Shown in pieces: positions 53,578 through 64,000 of a DNA stretch of 64,000 nt. Position 1 is the first letter of the stretch. Every line of letters starts with the position of its first letter. A program made the position numbers and the translations under genes. The notes below the pieces were generated by a model. That model searched no databases, had not been told where the DNA came from, and saw nothing but the letters and a program-made list of their open reading frames with translations. The DNA is from Giardia intestinalis (Eukaryota). Location: assembly GCA_000002435.2 (NCBI GenBank), contig CM018793.1; one strand, written 5' to 3'.

Positions 53578-54297
53578 TTATACATACGAACGTTGGGCTG
53601 GACGGCGAGGACAAAGGAAAAGTCCGATTACACCGTACAATATTAGCACAGTAGTAACGCACACCACTAAGAACATAATTATGGACCCGACGAAGCGAGG
53701 CATGTGCTCCGACGAAAGATTGTAAGGGTATGCAAGACAAAGAAACGAAAGGACAACGAGGGAAGCCCACTTGTTGAGCAGCAGAGGGTTCGTGTCCAGG
53801 AACTTCCTCATGATTGCAAGGTCTAAGTGGCAGAGGCCAAACAGGATTGTGATGAAGCCGAAGAAGAGTGAGCACATGAGCCAGTAGAACTCAAACCCGC
53901 CGTTGTTGATTTTGTAGAAGATAGACAAAATGAACGCAAGACAGGTCAGAAAGTGCGTGATAGAGAACACACACTTTAGTACGGTAGCCCAAGTACCCTT
54001 GCTCACAGGGTACGTGTCTGGGATGCGAACGGGAAGACGCGCTTTTGCGTACTCATCATCGTCGTTTCCGAGGTTATCCCTATCAGGAACCGGGGGCTGG
54101 GAAGCCCTGAAGTTGTTAACGGCGCTGTTGTCAAGGTTCATCCCGGAGCTCCCGATAGCGTTCCCGGGTTCTGAGGTCTGCCATCCCGGCTGTTGCGCTG
54201 GTGCATAGGGATTGCCTGAGGCGATGGGCCCCGGGGCCACCATACCGGCAGGAGCGCCCATACCCATAGTTTGGGGCATGTTGGAGTTGTACTGCAT
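53578..54297 (-). CDS. Hypothetical four-pass membrane protein with Pro/Gly/Gln-rich N-terminal region (239 aa)
   Basis: A disordered N-terminal 100 aa (MGMGAPAGMVAPGPIASGNPYAPAQQPGWQ...) is followed by four hydrophobic helices of 20-27 aa each. The architecture is reminiscent of Yip/PRA1 or tetraspan vesicle proteins, but I cannot assign a family by eye. Confidence 0.55.
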   Translation of the reverse strand: MQYNSNMPQTMGMGAPAGMVAPGPIASGNPYAPAQQPGWQTSEPGNAIGSSGMNLDNSAVNNFRASQPPVPDRDNLGNDDDEYAKARLPVRIPDTYPVSKGTWATVLKCVFSITHFLTCLAFILSIFYKINNGGFEFYWLMCSLFFGFITILFGLCHLDLAIMRKFLDTNPLLLNKWASLVVLSFLCLAYPYNLSSEHMPRFVGSIIMFLVVCVTTVLILYGVIGLFLCPRRPAQRSYV

Positions 54298-54433
54298 GTC
54301 GACAAGAAAAGCCTTTTAAAACTCTATAAAATCTTACAGGATAAGACACGTGACTCTTATCTTTAACATTTCATTTAATTTATCTTAATAACCTTTTCAC
54401 TGATTTGTCCTTTAATAACTTTATTTTTCGGAC

Positions 54434-56248
54434 ATGTCCACTGATAGAGAATGTGCACAATGCAACTGGGTCATGGACAGAGATGACGTAGATCTCACCG
54501 TAGCAACCATGGTGAGCGACATCCTTCAGCAGTACTCACGAGATCCTCATAAAACTCACGGTACAAACCGCTCGGGGAGCCCCTGCTCGACTCAGGCGTC
54601 TGTTCCTCTATCCGAGATTACTGGCTCAGAAGAAGAAGCCTCTCTCCGGCCCATTGCTCACAGATTAGGAACTGTTCCCCGTCCTGCTTCAATGAATGCA
54701 GTTGCAGACGTGAAGACGCGTCTTAAAGAGTATAAGCAAAGGGTCAACCACCTGGAGGCAGAAATTCGCAACCTGGAGCAGACACTCATCGACGAGCGCA
54801 CCAAAGCATCCGTATATCAAATGGAACAAGAACAGCTTATTGCTACCATGAAGGAGAGCTTTAAGCAAGAGAACTTGAAGCTGCTGGCGTCCAACAAGCA
54901 AATTGTAGAGAAGCTCCTTGCAGAAAAAAAGGACCTGGCCGACAAGTATGAGGAGCTGGCCAATGATCTCCACAAAGCCAAGCTTGAGCAGATGGGCAAC
55001 GTAACGGCTGCCTCTGAAAACGAAATTCTCAAGACGCAGTTAGATAAGCTTAAGCAAGAACACGTGTCACTAAAGGCAACCTTCGATGAGCAACTTGAGA
55101 AGGCCAAACACAGAATCCAAGTAACTGAAAGCAAGAAGCGAAAGCAAGCTGTTGAAGAGGCCATAGAGCAGACCAAGCATACGCTAGCATTAGGATTAGA
55201 GCCAAAGCTCCAGGAGATGGACCTAGCTCATAAGACAGAGACATTAAAGCTCACAGCTGACCATGAAACAGCTCTCCGACGGCAAAAGCAAGACCTGACT
55301 CTTCAGCACGAAGAAGCCTTGGCAAAGCAGCGTACAGAAATTATGAAGCAAACAGCAGAGGAAATCGATCAACTCCGCGAAGAGATGCAACAGAAAATCA
55401 AACGAGTCAAGGCAGAGTTACAGCATGAACACAGCCTAGAACTAGAGACCATCAAAAAGAAACTGCAAATGGAGCACGATGTGTCTGTCAGCACAGAGCT
55501 TACCAAGATGCGCGGCCTTCTCAACGAAAAAACATTAGAATGCGACATACTCAATGACAAATTGCAAAAGTTGAGTGCAGAAGCTCAGAAATCTATAGAG
55601 CAGCTCAAGCTAAGCTACATATCTGAGGTAGACAAGTACAGAGTTGCCTATGCAAATGAGGTTTCAGTGATTAAAACGCAGTACAAGGAGCTAGCAAGAA
55701 CACTCTGGTTGCAGAGTAAGCCAGAGATGGTGGAGCAGGTAAGGACGGAGCGCGATAAGATTCTCAAGTCCATGGCAAAGACATGGGATGAGAAGATCGA
55801 AGCAGCTCGGCTGCAAGAGCGCACGGTGGTGACTGAAAAGGAGGCTGAGATAGCTACAAAGGACGCGAGGATTAAAGACTTGCAGCTACAACTTCTCAAC
55901 GCTGAGGTAGAAACGAGCAAATGTAATGCAGAGCGGGAGGCTTTAACTGGTAGAATTTCTCACCTTGTTAATGAAAAGGATTCTTTCATGACTAGGCAAT
56001 CCTATAGTTATGCTAGGCTGCAGATGAGTGTGGAGGACTATCGCTGTCGAGCAATTCGCCAGCAAACCAGACGGCGCGACTTCGAGGCCAAGATTAAGAA
56101 CAAGGTGCAGGAGAAGCTTCTGGCCATTGCTCAGGAGAAAGACACTCTAATAGCACAACTCACTGAAGCCCTGGAACTAGAACAGCAGCGCTCCGCCGAG
56201 TATGTCGCACAGCTTGCTCAGCTGCAGGAGCTGACAAATGCCGAGTGA
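54434..56248 (+). CDS. Hypothetical coiled-coil protein (604 aa)
   Basis: Strongly heptad-like and rich in Glu, Lys, Leu and Gln throughout (LEAEIRNLEQTLIDERTKA...; ELQHEHSLELETIKKKLQMEHD...). Typical of Giardia cytoskeleton-associated coiled-coil proteins. Confidence 0.6.
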   Translation: MSTDRECAQCNWVMDRDDVDLTVATMVSDILQQYSRDPHKTHGTNRSGSPCSTQASVPLSEITGSEEEASLRPIAHRLGTVPRPASMNAVADVKTRLKEYKQRVNHLEAEIRNLEQTLIDERTKASVYQMEQEQLIATMKESFKQENLKLLASNKQIVEKLLAEKKDLADKYEELANDLHKAKLEQMGNVTAASENEILKTQLDKLKQEHVSLKATFDEQLEKAKHRIQVTESKKRKQAVEEAIEQTKHTLALGLEPKLQEMDLAHKTETLKLTADHETALRRQKQDLTLQHEEALAKQRTEIMKQTAEEIDQLREEMQQKIKRVKAELQHEHSLELETIKKKLQMEHDVSVSTELTKMRGLLNEKTLECDILNDKLQKLSAEAQKSIEQLKLSYISEVDKYRVAYANEVSVIKTQYKELARTLWLQSKPEMVEQVRTERDKILKSMAKTWDEKIEAARLQERTVVTEKEAEIATKDARIKDLQLQLLNAEVETSKCNAEREALTGRISHLVNEKDSFMTRQSYSYARLQMSVEDYRCRAIRQQTRRRDFEAKIKNKVQEKLLAIAQEKDTLIAQLTEALELEQQRSAEYVAQLAQLQELTNAE

Positions 56249-56296
56249 TAGATGTAGAGGCATGCATACACGAACATATGCACACCAACGAATCAT

Positions 56297-57208
56297 TCAC
56301 TTACTTGAAAAGTTTAGTCCCCACGTGGAACTCTTGATTGGCCCCTTTTTGTCGACAATTTGGGGTATCGCGTTCAGTTTAGATAGATCAATCCGTTGCT
56401 TAGGGTCGTAGTTTAACATGCTCTGTAGCGTTCCGATCAGCTCCTCGCTATACTCCCGCTCTCTTAATTCATTCACGTCTACCTCAAAGCCTTGCAGCTT
56501 TTTCAGTAGCTCCTCGGGGTTTGCAGAGTATGCAGGCGGCTTAAGAGCACACACACAATACACAAGAGCGCCTAGGGACCATAGATCGCTTTCTTCTGTG
56601 TATCTCTCCATTTTGAGGACCTCTGGGGGACAAAATCCCAGGGTGCCGAATATGGTAGAGCTCAATATTACATTGTCCAGCAGTCTAAACGTTCCGGAGT
56701 CAGCGAGTTTGCAGTATCCGTCGGCTGCTAGAAACACCTTCGATGGCTTAATGTTTCTGTGTACTAGGGGACCCATGTCGGTATTGTCCTTCTGTGGAGA
56801 ATGGTAATAAAGAAGAGCCTCTGCTAGGTGAGAGAGAATATACCACACCGTTTCCTCAGGGATCACGCGCTCCTTCATTCTGTAAAAGAGGATCACATCC
56901 ATTAGGCAGCACCTTTCGTAATACTCCATTACAAAATGACCAAGGTTTTTCGTATCATTATAATAAACATCGTAATACTTCACAAGGTTCTTGTGTGACA
57001 GTGAGCATAGCTTGATGAAGTCGTTGCGTACGACAGATCTGTACCTGTTCGGTATACTTGTAATATTGACTACCTTGACTGCATAGTCTTGCCCTTGACT
57101 TCCATCATTGCACGCTGGGTCCAGTGACCGTACCACTTCCACGTGTCCCAAAGCCGTCTTTGCTAGGACGGGGCCAGTGGAGACATAATGCTCCTCGAAC
57201 TTGGCCAT
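56297..57208 (-). CDS. NEK-like kinase-fold protein, probably catalytically impaired (HRN and DSG variants)
   Basis: YAVKVV lysine present; HRNIKPSKVFL (Asp to Asn in HRD); DSG in place of DFG (KLADSGTFRLL); GTLGFCPPEVL. Confidence 0.75.
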   Translation of the reverse strand: MAKFEEHYVSTGPVLAKTALGHVEVVRSLDPACNDGSQGQDYAVKVVNITSIPNRYRSVVRNDFIKLCSLSHKNLVKYYDVYYNDTKNLGHFVMEYYERCCLMDVILFYRMKERVIPEETVWYILSHLAEALLYYHSPQKDNTDMGPLVHRNIKPSKVFLAADGYCKLADSGTFRLLDNVILSSTIFGTLGFCPPEVLKMERYTEESDLWSLGALVYCVCALKPPAYSANPEELLKKLQGFEVDVNELREREYSEELIGTLQSMLNYDPKQRIDLSKLNAIPQIVDKKGPIKSSTWGLNFSSK

Positions 57209-57277
57209 TTTTTAAAATGCCTGAGAGGTCTGCAGAGGCACCACGTTACAAATTATTTAATATATAACCGCTCTGGA

Positions 57278-60200
57278 TCACTGGACAATCCGTCCTATAA
57301 ATTTTCCATCCAGAGAATAGATAATTACATACTTGCCATACCTAATTGTTTTATAGTATTGTAGTAAATTCCTATTGACACTTGGATCTCTATCAATATA
57401 GATTGGAAGGAAGAGCCTAGTATCTTGCTGCGGCATGCCCAAAGAGACGCTTTGGTGCTGGCCTGTCATCTTCTCTGCTCCGTCTCGAACAATTAGCATG
57501 GAATAGGACAACAGCTCTAGGCGCATGCTCCTCCTTGAGATTATGTCAGTCAACTGAAGAGTGCGAAGTATAGTACATAACGGAGGGAAGTCACGAGCCC
57601 TGTCCACATTGTGAACAGGCCGCCCCTCCAGTTTAAATGAGCCAGTGACCTCTGGAAACGAGGAGACACCGTACACGGAGATAGACTTGGCTGCAAGCAA
57701 GCTTATGTTGCTAGAATTGATGAAATAAGGTGCATTGTTGGTTGAAACGATCTGCTTCGAGGATACGCGGTCAAGAAAGGCATCAAATGTGTGTTGCATG
57801 AACTGGAGAAGAGCTCGTTGGCAGATTACAGTGTTAATTGTGGTTAACATTATGAGAGAGTGGATTGAAAGATACTGCAGGTTGATTCGAGAGTACTTCT
57901 GCAAGAGATACATCGCTAGTTCTTTGTCCAATGACTCATAGCAGAGGTCAGACAGCCAGTAGCGAGGAGCAATCTCAACCGTCATGACAATCGAGAGGAC
58001 GTCCTCTACGCTGACTCCTGGACTGATCTGGTTTAATTTTGACGAGGTATTTGTCACGCCACAAAGGAGATTTAGCAAGACGTTACATGTCTTGGCTATT
58101 ACAGTTTGTCTGGTTGGCAGCGTATCGTGGTATGACTTCAAAAGGCTGTGCATGCGTGCATACATTCTCGCGAAAATTGGCTTAATACGCCCATTGCTCT
58201 GGATGAGGGAGAAAGAAACCTGGTCGTTTTTGGCTATCGCCTGCATACGCTCCTTCTCTAGGGTAAATGTGCGGAGAAGAGTAAGCAAGTCGCCCTTCTC
58301 TGATAAATCTAAAAGGCCTAGGCAAACTCTAAAGGCTTTCTTCATGCGAATGTCAGCTACAAGACGCCGTTGGTCATCCAGTGAAGTGGATCCAATCAAA
58401 TTACAGTTAAAGTAGGGAACAAGGGCTTCATCGAACTGCTTGTACAGGCTTCCTAGGGAGATAACTGGCAGAACTTCGTTGTTGTAGTATCGCATAAGAT
58501 AATGGCCCACTCCATTAGAGTACGCTTTAACGTACCGAAATGCAGGGGCATCGAATGCTAGCTTGTACCGCAAGTGTCTGGGAGCAAACACCGGTATGCC
58601 ATCGCCACCTGAGCGTGCCAACCACAGGTGCACCGTTTCAGGAAACGATGTAGTGTCCCCTATATAGTCATAGCCAGAGGGCTCCTCAACCGCAGTCAGC
58701 TGTGTATAGATGGACGGAGGATTGAGATCAAAGAGAATGTAAAAGCTTTGTGGACCATTTTGCAAAACAGACGGATTAGTATAGCATAGCATTCGTACAC
58801 TCAGGTGAAGGAGCCCTGTGTGACCGGGTAGTGGATCAACCTGCGTCTGCTTGGCCATGGTATTGGTGATTCTCTTGTAGTGCAGGGCGCCAGAGACCAC
58901 CATTGGCGAGAGAGAATCGGTTAGCTTAACGTGGGACGTGGCGCTCTTGTCAGGCTGATATTTGCTTTCCTGGCTCTGCGGCCAAGCCCGCTCAAAGGTC
59001 TCTCGCTGAGTACTAATCCGTGCCCTTAGCGAATCTGTAGCCTCTATGGTTGTCGTTGCAACAAACTCCCTCTCCATGCCGGCAAGCTTTATGCAGTGAG
59101 GCTCAGTAGTTGCATATGTATCCAACGGCTCAAGCAAGAGCCTGTTTTCAAAGAATGTGGTAGGCATGTACGCCATGCGAAAGATAACACCAAGAAGCCG
59201 TGCATTTTCATACACTCTCCCAAAGAGGCAATTGAGTAGCTGCCGTGTTTGCTTATTGTGCTCAGGTCCCAATCCTTTATTAGACGGCTCACGCAATAAA
59301 AAGCATGAAAGCTGTTCCGGATTAAGGTATCCCCCGGGGAATTCTAAAGTATGGGTGTATATCTGCTGAGGTTTGGACCTCTTGTCGCTCCTATTATCAG
59401 TCTTACTCCAGGCATCGTCAAGGCGATAGGAGTGCTGCGTTATCAAGTGTGCAAGACTGGTTGCAGTAAAGATGACGATGGCCTCCTCTTCTTCGACGAT
59501 GTTATAATAATGCTCAAGTGGCAGGCCTGGCACTTTGACTAAAGACTCTTGTAGACCTTGGGAAGCGCTTACTTTGTTGTCGCTCCAAATCTTTGCTTGC
59601 TGCTTGAGTTGACTACCTGGCATGAAATTAAGATAGGATAGCTCTCGCACACGATGATCAGATGCAGATAGGGAGTGCTCCGATCCTGCTCCCTGATGTC
59701 CAAACAGCCTCTGCGAAGGAATGAATGGTATCAATGGAATCTTTTGTCCTGGAAGCTTAAATGAATAGATGCACCGTCGCAAGCTCCGCTTAGACACAAA
59801 GTCCTGATGGAGAGCAATCAGCTTGATAAACATCTTATGCTGCTCTGGGGTGCATCCGTTAAGTTTAACGTTGGTCGGTATGACATCTGGATCTAGTATG
59901 TAACTAATGAATGACTGATAATTAAATTGAAGCTCACGAGTTTTCATAATATAGTTTCGCAGATTGAATAACAAAAGGACAAGGTCTCGTCGCGTGAACG
60001 CCCGAAAGTCTACCTCGGTGGCCCGTTGACGCTGCATGGAACTCTGTGTCTGAAGAGCCTTCTCACTACGCTGTAAATAGATGTGCAGAGGGAGGTTGTC
60101 GATCATCGCCTTTGCAAAGAGTTGACAGCAAATGGTCGGTGCGATTGTCAGAAGTGCTCTTGAGACAAGGCTGTAGCTGGCCCGCCCATTATAAATAGCA

Positions 60201-63200
60201 ATTGACCGCTCCACTTCTCCAGTTGAATCGGGATTGGCTTCATCTGGTGGGGTAGTGTATAGAATAAGATGCAGCTCAAGTGCAGAAGCAGCCTTGCTAC
60301 GACATGGGTTTTTTAGATCACAGTTGCATGCCTTACACTGTCGTAGTTGTGGAATAAGCATAGTATTAAGTACACTTGAACCTTTGGCAGAAAACGCTCC
60401 TTCAGTTGAGTTAGGCAGTGTCCGATAGACGATACGAAGTCTGTATGGAAGAGCAGAATATGAGGGCGATCGGTTAAGCAATAGCGTAAACAACTGTATT
60501 GTTAGTTCAGACTCCTGACTCACATCACCATGCGCTGATGTCCTCTGAATAAACTGACGAAACCGTTTGCACTCGCTGCAGGCCTTGTTACTCTCCAGAA
60601 TCACCGAGGGATTGTATCCTAGAAGAAGGCGCTCAATCGCTCTGTGCCATAGCAAACTGTCGATATGAGCCACTATACCATATAGTTTGGAGAGGCACAT
60701 AGCGCTCCCAGAGACACGACACGTTGTGACAGTGGTATTCAGAAACGCATACGTTGCTAAGAAGTCAGACTCATATGCAGGATTGCATCTGAGATACTTT
60801 AGATATGCAGAGTTGATTGGAATGGATTTGATTACAGAGCCTGCCCATGCGCCTGAGGGTTTGGCGCTTAGAAGGCCCGAAGGGCTGATAATGTTTGGTA
60901 ATGAGTAGGCTAGTGCCACGAAGACGCAGCACTCTGCTTTCTGTTGAATGGTCATATCTGTAATAGGGCTTTTAACAGACATGCTTTCCTTCAGAAATTC
61001 GCTGTAAAAACGAACGCTTTTGTCCCACATAGCCACCGCCACATGTGCATGAGGAATGGGAGTTGGAATAAAGTAGCCTCCGTGGTAGTAATTCAACTGT
61101 TCAGAAATGTTTTCAATGGACATAAATAGCGACGAGTTCAAGCTATTCATGGAGTCTCCCTCGTTGGTTTTAAAGGACTTGATGTCGGCTCCAAAGAGCG
61201 AATACTGTGTGTGGGGTATCTCCATAGAAAACCGGCATGTGCGAAGAAGGTAGTTAAACTTTCGCAGCGCCTTATAAACCTTCTCAGTGTAAAGAGACTT
61301 CGTTGTATCCGTGGGAGGAAGGCTAAACACTGTTGTTGGATCTATGCCCTCGAGTACCAGATACCTATTAGCCTGCGGCTGCGCCTGCAGTTCCTCGAAC
61401 TGCAACTTGGAGAAATGGGGTTCCGTATTTCCTGCAGACAAGTCACTTATCAGAAAGAAGTACCTAGCAAAATCTGACATGAAGTCCACAATGGTATCCG
61501 TATAGGAGTAGATAGCTGCAGAAAAGATACGCTGAACAATTTTAGTAACATCCGCCCCTTTTATCTGGAAAGTAAGCTGGAGGCGTCCATCACCTCCAGG
61601 GCTTATGATAGAGACGGCAAGTCCGAGAGATGCATCGAGAACAATTTCAACGGAAGATATTTCTGCCTGGAGTCCTTCCCTGGTGGCATCTACCAGGAAA
61701 GTATTGTTAGCCAATATTACCTTAAAATGATTATAGAAATCTACGAGAGGTATGTTGATATGTGAAGAAAGCTGCGAATGTAACGACATGATGAAGCGAA
61801 AAAGAAAAACGCTGGATTGGCTGCGTGTAGATAGGTCCGTACTGTCCGTAGAGTAGTATGGGATTCTTGTCACATCAAGATACTCGGCGAAGTCTGGGCC
61901 TTTTCTGTGCTTGACACGTGTATCTGAAAGCAGCTGAATAAGCCCAAACGGATAAGTGTATACAGGCCGGAAGAAGAAAATAGCATAGTTATCTTTCCGC
62001 TTTGTCTGCTGATAAAGGGTAAGAATGTGACCGATTGTTTGGTGGGATCCTTTCCCGACACCCAATGCCAAGCTCTTTACTGCAGTCAAGGAGGTATCCT
62101 CATCTACAGAATAACCGATCATATACTTTAGGTCTATGTGTGGATAGAAAAGGCCGACGTCCTCAAGCATACAGCCCCCAAGTTCGTATACCTTCTCAAT
62201 CAACGAATTGCTCCATACTGTCAAACGAAAAATGACAGCAAAGCAGGGCTGCAATAGCCTATGTTTATGTTTATCAAAGAAATGATGAAACGAGGGAACA
62301 GCGATTTCATGGAGCGCATCTTGTAGCTGAACACCGTAAGCGTTGGGAGCTCTCCGGTAGAAGCTTGCCCTTGCTTGAAAAGCAGAGTTCTGATTGGAGG
62401 CCTTGTACATGGCAAGCTGTGTCACCATCGTCGAGGCAGCTCTTGATGAAATAAAGTCACAAATAATCGAGTGGACCATGTAGAAGCGCGTATCAGTAGG
62501 ACGAATAGAGGTCATCTCGAGACTCTTACGTACACGCTGCAACTTCTCCTGTATGCACTCTGTAATAGAACTTATCATTATTGTATTCTGTGCTAGCTCT
62601 GCCGGGTAGAACTGGAGCTTCATAAGCTCCATAGGTAGAAAGTCAATCCCGCTATTGAGATAAAAGTTTATATCAGTAACAAAAACGCACCGGTAGAAGT
62701 CTGTTTTTACGGCAACCCTAGCGCCACTTACAGCCAAGGACATCCCCGCAGGCTTCAACTCTCGTACCATGTAACGAACTACTTCCTCGGTTGTGGCACG
62801 CTTATATTGTCCGTGTATGAGTGATTTGTACCGTTCCTTTGATGCCTGCAACATACTAATGGGGGTGGAATAGAATGGCCACCGGGTCAATCTTGTCCCG
62901 GGCGGCCCCGAGAGCATGACGATTGCCCGGTCAACCGCGTAAATGGGGTCATAGAAGCCGTGTACTTCAGTGAAAGTAACTGGAAACTCATCCACCGAGC
63001 GCAGAACCCGATAGTGGTCATGGGACGAAGCCCACCGGGAAAGAATAAGTTGCTTGCCCTTGGAAATAATATCTCGCGAGTGTGTCGAGTATATCGGTAA
63101 AAGATGCTTCAGAAAACTCAGCAAAGTTCTAATCTTGGAAAGAATCAAGATCGAGCGTGTTGCTGGGTTAATCTGGCCCTTACGGGGAAGCTCCTCTACA

Positions 63201-63340
63201 ACTCGCTTGAGGGCCTCATAAAGGACATATTTTAATAAGACGTAATTAGGAATGCTCTCTTCTATGGTCTCGCTGTCTGCTATAACGCTGCTCAGATCCT
63301 TGCAGCTGGAATCATGATTATTCATTTTATTTACTAGCAA
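57278..63340 (-). CDS. Hypothetical large protein (2020 aa)
   Basis: A single 6-kb ORF in a single frame. No recognisable motif. Confidence 0.65.
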   Translation of the reverse strand: MLVNKMNNHDSSCKDLSSVIADSETIEESIPNYVLLKYVLYEALKRVVEELPRKGQINPATRSILILSKIRTLLSFLKHLLPIYSTHSRDIISKGKQLILSRWASSHDHYRVLRSVDEFPVTFTEVHGFYDPIYAVDRAIVMLSGPPGTRLTRWPFYSTPISMLQASKERYKSLIHGQYKRATTEEVVRYMVRELKPAGMSLAVSGARVAVKTDFYRCVFVTDINFYLNSGIDFLPMELMKLQFYPAELAQNTIMISSITECIQEKLQRVRKSLEMTSIRPTDTRFYMVHSIICDFISSRAASTMVTQLAMYKASNQNSAFQARASFYRRAPNAYGVQLQDALHEIAVPSFHHFFDKHKHRLLQPCFAVIFRLTVWSNSLIEKVYELGGCMLEDVGLFYPHIDLKYMIGYSVDEDTSLTAVKSLALGVGKGSHQTIGHILTLYQQTKRKDNYAIFFFRPVYTYPFGLIQLLSDTRVKHRKGPDFAEYLDVTRIPYYSTDSTDLSTRSQSSVFLFRFIMSLHSQLSSHINIPLVDFYNHFKVILANNTFLVDATREGLQAEISSVEIVLDASLGLAVSIISPGGDGRLQLTFQIKGADVTKIVQRIFSAAIYSYTDTIVDFMSDFARYFFLISDLSAGNTEPHFSKLQFEELQAQPQANRYLVLEGIDPTTVFSLPPTDTTKSLYTEKVYKALRKFNYLLRTCRFSMEIPHTQYSLFGADIKSFKTNEGDSMNSLNSSLFMSIENISEQLNYYHGGYFIPTPIPHAHVAVAMWDKSVRFYSEFLKESMSVKSPITDMTIQQKAECCVFVALAYSLPNIISPSGLLSAKPSGAWAGSVIKSIPINSAYLKYLRCNPAYESDFLATYAFLNTTVTTCRVSGSAMCLSKLYGIVAHIDSLLWHRAIERLLLGYNPSVILESNKACSECKRFRQFIQRTSAHGDVSQESELTIQLFTLLLNRSPSYSALPYRLRIVYRTLPNSTEGAFSAKGSSVLNTMLIPQLRQCKACNCDLKNPCRSKAASALELHLILYTTPPDEANPDSTGEVERSIAIYNGRASYSLVSRALLTIAPTICCQLFAKAMIDNLPLHIYLQRSEKALQTQSSMQRQRATEVDFRAFTRRDLVLLLFNLRNYIMKTRELQFNYQSFISYILDPDVIPTNVKLNGCTPEQHKMFIKLIALHQDFVSKRSLRRCIYSFKLPGQKIPLIPFIPSQRLFGHQGAGSEHSLSASDHRVRELSYLNFMPGSQLKQQAKIWSDNKVSASQGLQESLVKVPGLPLEHYYNIVEEEEAIVIFTATSLAHLITQHSYRLDDAWSKTDNRSDKRSKPQQIYTHTLEFPGGYLNPEQLSCFLLREPSNKGLGPEHNKQTRQLLNCLFGRVYENARLLGVIFRMAYMPTTFFENRLLLEPLDTYATTEPHCIKLAGMEREFVATTTIEATDSLRARISTQRETFERAWPQSQESKYQPDKSATSHVKLTDSLSPMVVSGALHYKRITNTMAKQTQVDPLPGHTGLLHLSVRMLCYTNPSVLQNGPQSFYILFDLNPPSIYTQLTAVEEPSGYDYIGDTTSFPETVHLWLARSGGDGIPVFAPRHLRYKLAFDAPAFRYVKAYSNGVGHYLMRYYNNEVLPVISLGSLYKQFDEALVPYFNCNLIGSTSLDDQRRLVADIRMKKAFRVCLGLLDLSEKGDLLTLLRTFTLEKERMQAIAKNDQVSFSLIQSNGRIKPIFARMYARMHSLLKSYHDTLPTRQTVIAKTCNVLLNLLCGVTNTSSKLNQISPGVSVEDVLSIVMTVEIAPRYWLSDLCYESLDKELAMYLLQKYSRINLQYLSIHSLIMLTTINTVICQRALLQFMQHTFDAFLDRVSSKQIVSTNNAPYFINSSNISLLAAKSISVYGVSSFPEVTGSFKLEGRPVHNVDRARDFPPLCTILRTLQLTDIISRRSMRLELLSYSMLIVRDGAEKMTGQHQSVSLGMPQQDTRLFLPIYIDRDPSVNRNLLQYYKTIRYGKYVIIYSLDGKFIGRIVQ

Positions 63341-63456
63341 ACGGCCGAAACTTGCTTAGAATACGAAAATAGACCCTATCCAGACAATATAAGGCGGTGT
63401 CTCATATAGCCGCCTTCCTATTTTTGTTACTTAGGAGTTTTAAAAGATGAACCTTG

Positions 63457-64000
63457 CTATACTAGGTTATAAGTTATGTCTGTTAGTAGATTGAGACGAG
63501 CTGTATGCCACCCGGATACGTCTGTTACCGTAATCACAGCACCTCCGTCTGTGATGTCTACCTGCTCGTCGGCGTCAAATTGCGAAAATGCGTTCCAGTC
63601 TGCCACGGCCCTACTAATTTGCTCTAGCTCATCTGCTGTGAAGGCGTAGTCTGATGCTTGTGTGGTTGATAACATTGCATCTTCACAGCTACTGTCTCCA
63701 TCTGTGAGACTACCCCAAGTGGTACTGGGGTCACAGTCTGTGTGCTCTGACACATGCTTAGGTACTGCCTGAAACAGATGTAAGGGCAACAGATTGACCA
63801 CATCAGTCTTAGCGACAGAGTCATGCTGGGGTGAAGGCGTGATATTAAGTGTTGTTGGGTCTTGCGTGGAAATAGCGTTCTCGTTAAGGTCAACAATGCT
63901 CTCTATAAGCTGTGGAATATCTTTTGATACTGGAGCACAAATGAATTCTTCGCTCTCTGAATCGTGTGGCGAATTGAGACAAGAGCTTGGCGCACTAAAC
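63457..64000 (-). CDS. Possible 3' portion of a minus-strand gene extending beyond the window end
   Basis: Two overlapping minus-strand ORFs (63457..63801 and 63624..63896) in different frames, and the window ends at 64000. The frame relationship is unresolved. Confidence 0.3.
   Translation of the reverse strand, partial: FSAPSSCLNSPHDSESEEFICAPVSKDIPQLIESIVDLNENAISTQDPTTLNITPSPQHDSVAKTDVVNLLPLHLFQAVPKHVSEHTDCDPSTTWGSLTDGDSSCEDAMLSTTQASDYAFTADELEQISRAVADWNAFSQFDADEQVDITDGGAVITVTDVSGWHTARLNLLTDITYNLV

Noticed and set aside
1-64000. Prokaryote-style features such as CRISPR arrays, operons, Shine-Dalgarno sites, rho-independent terminators and IS elements.
   Set aside because: The sequence is eukaryotic (Giardia). 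No short direct repeats with regular spacers exist. The only periodic repeat is the 219-bp coding repeat inside a VSP.

Overview
The window reads as a compact, intron-poor protist chromosome segment, almost certainly Giardia intestinalis (Giardia lamblia). The evidence is two cysteine-rich CXXC surface-protein genes ending in the invariant ...[11 protein letters not shown][LV]CRGKA tail of Giardia variant-specific surface proteins (VSPs), four NEK-type kinase genes, AT-rich initiators directly upstream of ATGs, AGTRAAY poly(A) signals a few nucleotides after stop codons, and back-to-back genes separated by 1-50 nt.

Supported content:
- Ribosomal protein genes uL4/RPL4 and eS29/RPS29.
- A 15.3-kb dynein heavy-chain gene.
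- A WRKY-type transcription factor with two WRKY zinc-finger domains.
- A NIF3-family gene.
- Four NEK-like kinases, three of them predicted catalytically dead, one carrying ankyrin repeats.
- Several large hypothetical proteins.
- Two complete VSP genes in tail-to-tail orientation.

The most unusual structure is the VSP pair. Their 3' ends and about 550 bp of downstream flank form a large inverted repeat around a roughly 1.6-kb GC-rich ORF-free spacer. One VSP carries six identical 219-bp (73-aa) tandem repeats. A promoterless duplicate of a VSP 3' tail sits directly after the first VSP, and another VSP-tail relic (CRGKV* plus the conserved 3' motif) sits upstream of the second. Just upstream of this VSP module lies a roughly 6.3-kb stretch with no credible ORF, including a roughly 1.1-kb AT-rich core; this is highly atypical for this gene-dense genome.

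No CRISPR arrays, prokaryotic operons or rRNA genes are present. A tRNA-like stretch was examined and not supported.
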